DNA of 64,000 nucleotides, from the NCBI GenBank assembly GCA_964270895.1, contig OZ185444.1. The stretch is one strand, 5' to 3'. The notes beneath the pieces were generated by a model that worked only from the letters and a program-made list of their open reading frames with translations, ran no database searches and was not told the DNA's origin. Positions 11,565-22,016 of this stretch are shown piece after piece (positions within the stretch are counted from its first letter, which is position 1; every line of letters begins with the position of its first letter). The stretch comes from Podarcis filfolensis (taxonomy: Eukaryota). The translations under genes were made by a program, and so were the position numbers.

Positions 11565-13426
11565 ATCACATTTGAACCCCAGGCATTCAGGAAGTGAAGT
11601 GAAAATGTGGATGACATCACTTCCCACATGTGAACCTTACCAATAAGGATGTCTGTGCTAGATGCTCCAAGCTTAGACCTCATGGCATTAGCAAGCCATC
11701 TATCTGTTTCTACACAAAAAAATTAGAAACATTTAGCCATTTTGAAACTAAGTAAAACTTCCTGTCTTTTCTTGTTGCTCTACAAAAAACACACACACAT
11801 TAATCTGACCTTTGAACAGTTTGTAAGTAAACCATTTTAAACTTACCAAACATATAGTCTCTTTCTATGCTGCCAATGAGCTATGTCCCTTCCTCTAGAA
11901 AAGAAGAAATTCATAGGAAGGCGGGTGCATGCTTTATGGGAAATACACAGCTAAAATGCTGTAGGGTATGGGGTACAGGGTATTGGGAGAGATCAAGCTG
12001 GATTTTAACTGGTGTCATGATGAATGAGAAATTATAATCTTTGGGACAAAATCACACAAGAGAAAGAGAAATGTCTTGCTAGGCTGAGGGAATGTGAAGT
12101 GGGCTGAGTATTAGCTTGCCAGAGCGGTGGCAGTGGAGGAGGGATGCCTGTTGGGTAATTCTGGTGGGAAGATTACTTGGGGACCTGACAAACTGACAAA
12201 TGCAGCTATTTCCATTTCAAATGGAAAGCTGAGATGAGATCAAACACATTTCACAGTAATGAATCGGAGCCTCTCCCTGCACGCTGAGTCTCACAAACAC
12301 TCAGCATAATTGAAGCCGCACAGAGCCAAGGCAAGGAACATGAAATCTGCTCAAGGGGGTTGAAAAAAAGCCAAACAAATAAACAACCACAGCTAAAGAT
12401 CAACTCATTAATGCACGCTGGAAGGATCTGTACCATAGCTGGTCTTGAGGCCTGCTCACTTTGCTGCGTTGTCTGATGATGGGCAACATTCTACCAGAAA
12501 TGCCAGACTCTGCCCACCTTGGAAACAGGCCAAAAGTCACCACTATGGCAAGATCTACTTGGAACTGCATCTTGTCAATGATCTAATTTGCATTTGGTTC
12601 TTTGCCTGGCAAGCACGTTAGGCTGCGGAAACCTGTGTCCTTTTATCTACGCACAGTGGCTTGTATTTATTAGGCGTTTTTACAAATAACAAATGATTAT
12701 TTGTACTTGTGAAGCCTTAAAAAAACACACAACAGGATTTACGTAAGTGTGCCAAGAGAGAATGAAACCCAGCCCCAATAGGGACTGATTAAACAAAAGA
12801 AAATTACTTTGCGGCAGGAAGAAAAATCAATTGTGTGAATCTATCCTTAATCTTGCTTGGATCGTTAGATTGCTATAATGTGTTCATCCATTCATTTATT
12901 CATTCATATCTGACCTAGCAAGTGAATAAAATAAACCATCAGATGTGAAGGATGCATACCCTCACATGAAATACCTTTCACCACTGCAGACTACTCCACA
13001 CTAGGTCACTGAGCTGTTCCTGAGAAGAATAGCTTATACTTGCGCGGTTATTTGAACAGGTAGATTGAATAGAGTTGCATACGGCAAATCTGTGAATTAC
13101 TGTACATAATAACATGCATAGGAATCCTAGCATTAGCAGGAGAGGATGAGCTACCGCCATATAATTTATTCATTCATTTCCCAGCATGCATATTCAACTT
13201 TACTAGCCCAAATGGGCTTTCAAACCTTTCAACATGTTGGTAATTAACTTCAATCGCCATGCTGAAGCAGCACCTGATACTGCTGAATTTGGTAGCACAC
13301 ACTTTCTTCTCCTGCCACACATCAGAGACCTCTCAAAATCCAGAGATTGCATTTTGGGATACTTGGTGAGCACCACAGGGGGCAATTGTGAACTCCCAGA
13401 GCCTCCTGGGTCTCCTGTCAATAGTG

Positions 13427-13700
13427 GATGGGTGTGGTGGGGCAGCAGTACTCACCTGACCTCCAGTCAGTCAGGTTGTTGCTGCTGCTACTCACTGGGA
13501 GGTAGATGGGGAGGTGGTAGGTGGCAGTCAGGTCAGTGTGGTGCAAACATACAGGCAAAGCTAATGCAGTGCTCTTGCTATTGTGTTTGCACCACGCCAA
13601 CCTTGCCACCACCTCGCTCCTTCCCCTCTACCTCCCAGTAAACAGCAGCGATAGGATGGACCAAAAGTCAGGTGAGTGCCATTACCTCCCTCCATCCACT
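13427..13700. repeat. Degenerate ~270-bp palindrome (probable ancient MITE)
   Basis: Left arm GTACTCACCTGAC...GGGAGGTAGA...GTGGTGCAAACA pairs with right arm TGTTTGCACCAC...TCTACCTCCC...GTCAGGTGAGTGC. Confidence 0.6.
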
Positions 13701-14314
13701 ACTGCCTTCTACTCCTCTTTCTTGCTGGGGTTGCTTGCTCACCTGTGATCTCTTACCACGAAAGCAGTGACAAGCATGAAGAGGTGGAGCAGATGCCTTG
13801 GGCTCTCCCTCTGTGTGGTGGTGTGGGTTGCGGCCAGAGGGAGAGGTCATATAATGGATAGCAGTGACAATGGCAAGAAGGGGGTGGTCCCACTCAGAGA
13901 TGGGGGTCACTGAAGGCATCTTGCTAAGGGGCCCACAAACCTTAAAGAAGCACTGGTCTTCTCCATCCCTTTGCACAGGATGCTATGGACAATATGGGTC
14001 AACGAAAAGAGATGAAGGCTTGCAAAGCCCAAAACTACTACTACTACTACATTTATTAAATTTATAAATTGTTCTTCATCCAAGATCACAGGACAGTTTA
14101 CAATGTAAAAACACAAAAATACACAACATAGTAACAACAAAAACAATAACCACCCGAAAATTACTATTTATTCAATATCCAATTGAACCTAGAACCTTCT
14201 GCCTGCAAAGCAGATGTTCTGGTACTGAGCTCTGGCCTTTTCCTACCATAATCTGATCCTTTGGGCCCACTTGCCCAGTGATATTCCTAAGACACCATAG
14301 CTGAGAATATAGCC

Positions 14315-14630
14315 CATGGGTAGGCAAACTAAGGCCCAGGGGCCGAATCCAGCCCCATCGCCTTCTAAATCTGGCCCGTGGACGGTCTGGGAATCAGCAT
14401 GTTTTTACATGAGTAGAATGTGTCCTTTTACCTAAAATGCATCTCTGGGTTATTTGTGAGGTCTGCCTGGTGTTTTTACATGAGTAGAATGTGTGCTTTT
14501 ATTTAAAATGCATCTCTGGGTTATTTGTGGGGCATAGGAATTCGTTCCTTCCCCCCCCAAAAAAATATATAGCCCCCCCCCACAAGGTCTGAGGGACTGG
14601 CCCCCTGCTGAAAAAGTTTGCTGACCCCTG
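14315..14630. mobile_element. hAT MITE with an internal tandem duplication
   Basis: CATGGGTAGGCAAA...TTTGCTGACCCCTG. The segment GTTTTTACATGAGTAGAATGTGT...TGCATCTCTGGGTTATTTGTG occurs twice, versus once in the 9988 copy. Only TAGCC is shared between the flanks. Confidence 0.85.
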
Positions 14631-14924
14631 TAGCCTGTTTGAAAACAAAAATACTTCTTTCCTTATGTTCGTGGTTGAGATAACAGAGCCATGATGCAAC
14701 TAAAGTCCAGTTTCAGAATGCACAAATGATACTCCAGCTTCTACTTCTCAGGGTCTAAGCATTGATTCAATGATTATAATTCAAAAGGATTCCTTAAATA
14801 ATTTTTCCACTAATATTCAAACTACTCCTTCAGCCTGTCACCAAGAAAGAGCTTCCCACACTATGCCTGCTCACGTATCTAAGACAACCAACAAAGGCAG
14901 ATTCCACCAGAAGAGGGAGAAATA

Positions 14925-16159
14925 CCGTATTTTTCGCACCATAGGACGCACTTTTTCCCTCCTAAAAAGCAAGGGAAAATGTGTGTGCGTCCTATGGAGC
15001 GAATGCAGGCTTTCGCTGAAGCCTGGAAAGTGAGAGGGGTGGGTGCGCACCGACCCCTCTCGCTCTCCAGGCTTCAGGAAGCTATCCGCTAGCCGTGGGA
15101 GACCCAGCTCTCCCACGGCTAGCGGAGCGCTGCATTAATCCCGAAGCTTGCGGCGTGCGGAGCTCAGCGCGCCCCAAGCTTCTGGGTGCCGGCAAGGTCT
15201 CCGCTAGCCGTCTAGACCTTGCCGGCACCCAGAAGCTTGGGGCGCGCTGAGCTCCGCAGCCCCAAGCTTCGGGATTAGCGCTCCGCTAGCTGTGTCTAGG
15301 CTGCGGATAGCAGCCTGCTTCCCGGAGCGTCGGGCGCCCTGAAAGCAGAGCGCCCGGCGCTTCGGGAACACATCCGCAGGGTGGGGAGCCCTGCAGGAGT
15401 TCCCTGCAAGGCTCCCCAAGCTGCGGATAGCAGCCTGCCGCCCGGCGGGTGGGGCGCCCTGAATCAGAGCGCCCCTCGCGCCGGGCAGACATCCGCAGGG
15501 TGGGGAACCCTGCAGGAGTTCCCCGCAAGGCTCTCCAAGCTGCGGATAGCAGCCTGCCGCCCGGCGGGTGGGGCGCCCTGAATCAGAGCGCCCCTCGCGC
15601 CGGGCAGACATCCGCAGGGTGGGGAGCCCTGCAGGAGTTCCCCGCAAGGCTCTCCAAGCTGCGGATAGCAGCCTGCCGCCCGGCGGGTGGGGCGCCCTGA
15701 ATCAGAGCGCCCCTCGCGCCGGGCAGACATCCGCAGGGTGGGGAGCCCTGCAGGAGTTCCCTGCAAGGCTCCCCAAGCTGCGGATAGCAGCCTGCCGCCG
15801 GGCGGGCGGGGCGCCCTGAATCAGAGCGCCCCTCGCGCCGGGCAGACATCCGCAGGGTGGGGAGCCCTGCAGGAGTTCCCTGCAAGGCTCTCCAAGCTGC
15901 GGATAGCAGCCTGCCGCCCGGCGGGTGGGGCGCCCTGAAGCAGAGCGCCCCTCGCGCCAGGCAGACATCAGCCAGCCCCACAAGCTCGGGGGACAGCAGG
16001 GAGGCGCAGCGCCACTATCCCGCTGTTCCTCGACCTGGTTCGGTTTCCCTGACCTGCTTTTGGGGGGGGGAATAAAGGGAATTTTTTTCCCTTTATTTCC
16101 CCCCCAAAAAACTAGGTGCGCCCTATGGTCCGGTGCGTCCAATCGTGCGAAAAATACGG
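14925..16159. mobile_element. Tc1/mariner-type non-autonomous element (1235 bp) with internal palindrome and minisatellite
   Basis: 27-bp TIRs CCGTATTTTTCGCAC(C/G)AT(A/T)GGACGCAC and TA TSDs at 14923-24 and 16160-61. No transposase ORF. Confidence 0.9.
15298..15970. repeat. 119-bp GC-rich tandem array (~5.5 units)
   Basis: Unit GGGCAGACATCCGCAGGGTGGGGAGCCCTGCAGG...GCGCCCCTCGCGCC recurs at 15483, 15602, 15721 and 15840. ORF starts recur every 119 bp. Confidence 0.95.
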
Positions 16160-16894
16160 TAAGTGCCAGAATGGCAAAGTTTTCTCTCAATGGGGTGGGT
16201 GGGGAGAGAAGGGAACGTCCTAACAGAAACCCCTCAATATTTAAAACAGGGTGGATAAGTGTTCAGGGTGGATAATGAGTTCAAACACTGTAGATTCAGA
16301 GAGGAAAATACACACAGAGAGAGACTGGTATAGTTTCTAAGAAAACCAGAACCACAAACCATTTCAGGCTTTATGGGGGGGGGGGGTGGAAACACCCATG
16401 AACAAATCAGGCACTGCATCTTTCAGAACATAAATGCAACATGCTGCCTACACAAAGCTCCGCTCAATGAGAAGGAGACCATATTCTGCTGCAGTTTCTG
16501 GTCTCAAAATGGAGGGTAGGTGGGGAAATGGCTATTTAAGGAAAGCCAAAATGGGAAGCATAATCACAACCTTCTCATTAAGATGTGATTGCAGACATTA
16601 TTCCTCCCGTGGTATCACCAGCAGCTAACCAATTCTTTCAATACTAACCAATTCTGCCCCATGTTGGCTCAGAGAAACTGTCAGACTCATAATCATCATG
16701 GATGTGTCCTAATAGCTTGGAGAAGGGAGCGCCAAGCAGTTCACTATCTCTGTCATTACTCCTCCTTATTTACATCAGGGATAGCCAAAGTGGTGCCCTC
16801 CAGTTGTCACTGGATGATGTCAAATCCCAAAGGGCCCTGATAACATTAAGCTTCTAAGGCCAATTTGTAAAATGTCTTGCTGCGCCAAAGGAGA

Positions 16895-17045
16895 GTTCAG
16901 AAGCAGAGCTGCCCATTGCATTGATGCAGAAGGTCCCTGCTATCCCCTGTTAAAAAGTGATGTGAAAGACCTCTGCCAGCCAGAGTAGACAATACTAGGC
17001 TAGATGGACAAAGAGTCTGACCTAGAATCAATCACCTTCCTATCT
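16895..17045 (+). mobile_element. Squam2-like tRNA-derived SINE (degenerate)
   Basis: GCAGAAGGTCCC...GCCAGCCAGAGTAGACAATACTAGGCTAGATGGAC core, shared with copies near 14190, 20800, 40400, 44120, 45100 and 58050. Confidence 0.65.
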
Positions 17046-17641
17046 TCCATCAACACACCAGTTCCTGCCACCATCTGTTCCCAGCCAAGGTGCCACCTGA
17101 AGTGGGCTGCTTCAGCCTGTGGCCTAGCAGAACCAGCCCTGCCACAATCCTATTCCTTGGAGGCGCAGTTCTGAGTTCCATCCTTAGATCACTCAGTCGC
17201 TAAGCTTGTTTGATTTACGTCTTGTGGGCTGCTTTGGTCTGTGCTTTCCAAGTGACATAGCTCAGGGAGGGACACTACCCGGGCTATAAGCAGCCTGCAA
17301 GTCATCTGCTCTGACTCGGCAGCAGCCACAGCTCCCAAAACAAAATGAGAGGATGCCCCAGAGGATGCATCCTGTTATGCAACTGCCCCTCTGCCCTTAC
17401 CTGGGTTGTGCGGCAGCGGTTTCTGGTGAGATATTGTGTCAAAATCTCACAAGTTCTTGCACTATCTTGGCAAGATCTTGTTGGAAACCAGTGTTTTCAC
17501 TAGTGGTGCTTCTCTGCCAGAAGCGGAGGTGTCAGGCCAGGGGCCCCGTGGGTGTCCCATCTCTTCAGCTTCCACAGACCAAGGTGGCTGCTTCACCCAA
17601 CCTCCTAAGTGGGTTCACTCTGTTGGTCTGCAATGATGCAG

Positions 17642-17643
<2 letters not shown>

Positions 17644-17698
<55 letters not shown>
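17644..17698. repeat. (CT)n microsatellite
   Basis: Perfect dinucleotide run. Confidence 0.95.
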
Positions 17699-17700
<2 letters not shown>

Positions 17701-20700
17701 TTTACCACAATCATAAGCAGCTTGTCCAGAGGCAGCTCTGCTCCACCCTGTCCCACCTCACCCCCGTTCCATCCCCAGTCGACCCCTGTTCTGCCTTCTT
17801 CTGGGTCCAAAAAGACCTGCACGTCCGTGATCACACATCAATTGTAAATGCCTAGAATGGTCTCTGCATATAATGCAAAGCACCTTGAAGATCTGAAATA
17901 TGTCACATAAATGGTAAGAACTGTCGTTACCATTGCTGGTATGCACTCAAACTTCTCTGTATCATTTAAAAGTGCTGTATTTGGGGGCAGAGGTGGAAAA
18001 TTTCAAGTAAGCGAGCCAAATCAGACAAATAAGAATTTGGACAGATAGGAAGACACCTCCCCTTTTTGCAAAAATGCCTGCTGATGAATAACTCACTACA
18101 GTTTTTCAGAAAACAAAAGTTAAAAGTTCAGCGTCCATGTCACCGCATACTTGCAAACAAACTTGAAATGTCATTTCCACTAAAGTGTTTCAAAGCCTGA
18201 CTAATTCACATCTGCTTTGAGGCAACATTAAGCTGCCAGAGGGGTGAAGAAAAGACCCTTATTATCAGAGAATTTGGGTTGTGATTCTGTGTAGTGCCCA
18301 AGTCAAATGTGTATTTCTCCTGGTTCTGAATTGCCAGCACGTGACTATCTGCACCTCGGCACCTAAACTCTAGAGACAGTATTGGACCCCAGAGCATGCA
18401 GTATTGGTAGACTCTGAGCTTTACATCGCATTTAGAAAGGTTATATATCTCTTGGCTTGCCATTTCCCAAGGACATGAAAGAAGCCAAAGGAAATGATAG
18501 GCTTTGCAATCTTCTGTCTCCTGGGTCATAAGTGCTTTTCAGGGATTCCTATTGGTTTACTTCCAAATTACTTGGTGGAATAAAATATATGTGGCTGTTA
18601 GCCAAGATGATCTGGAAAAGCCCCTTCAGACAGGCACCCAATGTAGGATCCAGGGTTTTTTGGGGGGGCGGGGATTGGCTTGGCAAGATGCCCCCTTCAT
18701 TCCTCATCACTGTCACCACTTTCCATTCTGGAGGACAGAACTCTTCTCACTCTCATTGCCAACATGATCAGAGCAGAGACAGGCATTGCCAACAAGGAGG
18801 AGGAGGAGCTGGGCCATGAGTCAGCAGCGGGAGCCCTGCCTGTGTGACAAATGATGACATGTAGGCATTCCTAAATATTATGCCACTGGGTGCTCAAGAA
18901 TGAATAAAAGGGGATGAAGCACCCAGCTACTGACCTATGACCTTGTATATTTTTAGTGAAGCACTTGGAGGTCACTGCTGTGGAACTGGAGCCTGCTTCA
19001 GGAGGTCAAGGGGAGCATGCAGAATCTTGCTGACTCTGACATGGAGGTCACCTGAGAAAGTACTCACGGCACAAGGAACCTGCCATAGATCCAGGGTCTA
19101 ACGTGCTAGTGATACTACCTTCAGTATATTTTTTTTAAAAAACAACCCTAGAAAGTCACTGCTTTTTGGAGGTGGTGGGGAGGTCCACAACAAGAGAGAA
19201 GTGGAGTCGTGATTTGTAATTGTTGTTACGAAGAAGAATGAATGGCAAAGAACCAGGCCATCCCAGTTGTCTAACACCTCCATTTACACTACTCTCGGAG
19301 CCAGAACTTGGAGGAAAATGGCCACCCATGTGGCAAACCATTCTGCTCACTGTGATTGGAGTGCACTGGGGAAATAACCACCGTGCTTAAGAGCAAGACC
19401 ATTAAAGCAAAATATCTTCACTTCTCCACTACATCTTCTCCACCCTCAAGCTCTGGGTCAGCTTGGTTTCATTTCTCTAAAAATAAGAAAGGTTGTGATA
19501 TAACTTTATTGAGAGGAAGACAAGGCAACAGAGCTAGACAGAAGGCTGGGCACTTCCTGATCTGACTCAGCTAGCCCTGTAAAGAGGTGATCAGGCTAAG
19601 GAACTTGAGTCTGCCCTGAATCACCACGATTTGCCTCAGTATTCAGAAATGTGCACAGCTAATGCACACCTCAACAAATATATTCCATTTTTTGAAATTA
19701 GTGGTTTCCATGGACTTGTATGGGAGGAGAGCAATTGTAAGAACTATAGCAGAACACTGGAGTGGGAGAAGAGGAAATGAAACGTACAGAAACCCATACC
19801 TTGTGCTGGCAAATGCACTGTGCTTGAGTATTCCTCCTGTTCTTCAAGGGCATTGTTATTTCCATTTTCTGACCAATGCCATTTTTATCCTTGCAGAGCA
19901 TGGCGAGAGGCATCTTTGATCAATCGCAAACATCTAACTGAATCTCATGATGTGTCTATCAGTACACCTCCCCGTGGACAGTGCCAGCTCCAGGTCTGGA
20001 AGGAGCCTTGGGAAAGCAGTTTCCATAAGCCTCCTACCAGCAATGAGTCTTGCTCCACAACTGCTGCTGTTCCTCTTCCTCACCTTTTAAGAAATATATA
20101 TATCCTGCTTGATTGCAACAAAGCCTCTAAGCAGTTTGCAAAAATAATAACTATTGATACCACTTACCAGACCACTTACCAGGCAATCAACGAGGAGGCA
20201 AGCAATCTTTCTCCACTGTTCTCAGCCAGACCAAGAGGCAAGCAGGATGCAATGGTCCAGGTGGCTGGGGTGTGGGCCCTTAATGGATGCCCCCCACATG
20301 CCAGCCCTTGACTCTGGCCTATCACACAGATACATATATCCAGACACATCCTCTCCATTGACATGCAAACCGTGTAGCAAGCTCAAAGAGCTCCGTGGTG
20401 ATTTAGAACAAAAAGAGCAAGCAGTCATGAGAGAAAGGGGGTCAGAAAAAGAAGGGAATGAGAAGCTTTTTAAAACCTCCTTCTCAGCTGATTCTTATTA
20501 GCAGCTCAACTAAGTAATGCTTTAAGTTTGCTGCATGGTTTACTTTATTGATTTACTCCTTGAGTGCTTTATAAAAAATGATTAGAGGAGTCTCGGGGTA
20601 CATGACTATCATTAATAATCAACATGGCCAAATAAAGCCAATGTGTTTTGGGAACTGTAATGAAACGTGAAGGATATGGAAGAGTCATCTCCCACATCAC

Positions 20701-21758
20701 GAAAGAGTTAGGCATATGCCACAGTGATTTATTTTCTGCTTCGCCACTGACTGACTGCCATTCTGCTTTAGCTCCCACCTGTTAACATTGGAAGCTGCCT
20801 TACACCAGATCAGGCCATTTGTCCATTTAGCCCAGTGCTGTCTGCTCTGACTGGCAGTGGCTTTTCAGAGCCTCAGGTAGAACAACAAGGCCCTTTCCAA
20901 CACCTGTTACCTCAGTTGCCTGGAAGGAACCTTTACAGGACACTGAATTATTTAGGAACTTTCACCGCTTTGCAACTATGCCAAGTTTTACTGCCTGTGC
21001 AACTTTTCTGACTGATGTATGGAAAAGCACATTAACTTGACCATTGGAGAGTTTGTAAGTAAACCATTTTTATTTTCTTTTTTTTACCAAACATGTGGTC
21101 TTTTCCTATGCTGGGCTTCTGCCACCAAGTACTTGCTGCAAACCTGGAACTTGACACCTGGGAATTCTCCCATCATACCTGTTTTTTTCTCTTGAACCAA
21201 CAGAATGGCCATGATATGAGGAATCTGCCTATGTCCCCTTTATATTGTACCATTTTGAGCAGCAAAGCATCCTTCTCCTCATCTCTTAGTACAGAAGCCA
21301 ACACTGTGCTTCCCGCTGTGCGTCTTATCTTCTGCAATTAGCACTTCCTACCATATCTGATAGAAGAGACGGGCTCAAGCTATCCTGATTAATTGCAGAG
21401 TATTTGCTTTCTTTCCACTTCTGTGGCCTGGAATTAATTAGTTTATCCCTTATTCCTTTCGTGGGTCACGGTCGGGGTGTGTGTGTGTGTCTCCATAGAG
21501 AAAGACAACAGTCCTTGAAATTGCCTGAGGAATAAAGAGATGGAAAGGACCCTGGGATAGGGACAAGCCCAAGGCCAGGGACAAAGTGTGGGGCTTTGGA
21601 GACTCTTCAGAGACTATTTGAGATGAAGGATCTGCATAGGGTACCCTGAGTGGAAGCAGGGCCCCGCTAAAATGCCTTGGATACAAAACAGCACCACCCT
21701 GCAGACCAATGTCTGGGGAAGTGAAGCTAGTATCTCTAAGCTTACCATGTAAGGAAAA

Positions 21759-22016
21759 TGTTATGTACTGAAGTTCTCACCCTGGGCTAGCAGGGGGATA
21801 CTGTAGATAGTTCAGGTCCACATATGCCAATAAGGTATCGAAAGTGACGTTCAGTGATTGGATAGTTACAGAAAATGGTTACTGTTGCGTTCTAGTGGAG
21901 CTCTATATAAGCAGGCTGGCTGAACCCTTCAGTTCAGTTCTGTTCTGGCCTGTGAATAAACAAGAGCTGTTTGAAGAATCACTGTGTCGTCTGATATGTT
22001 CACCCACAACCTAACA
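21759..22016 (+). mobile_element. Solo LTR, copy 1 (258 bp)
   Basis: TGTTA...TAACA termini, 5-bp TSD GAAAA on both sides, internal TATA (CTATATAAG) and AATAAA. Confidence 0.9.

Noticed and set aside
15204-16275. Many overlapping, repetitive ORFs on both strands; possible CRISPR-like array
   Set aside because: They are by-products of a GC-rich 119-bp tandem repeat with few stops. Units are contiguous with no unique spacers, there are no cas genes, and the context is eukaryotic.
19820-20311. 163-aa plus-strand ORF
   Set aside because: Starts at a non-ATG codon, has random-like composition, and has no splice context or recognisable motif.
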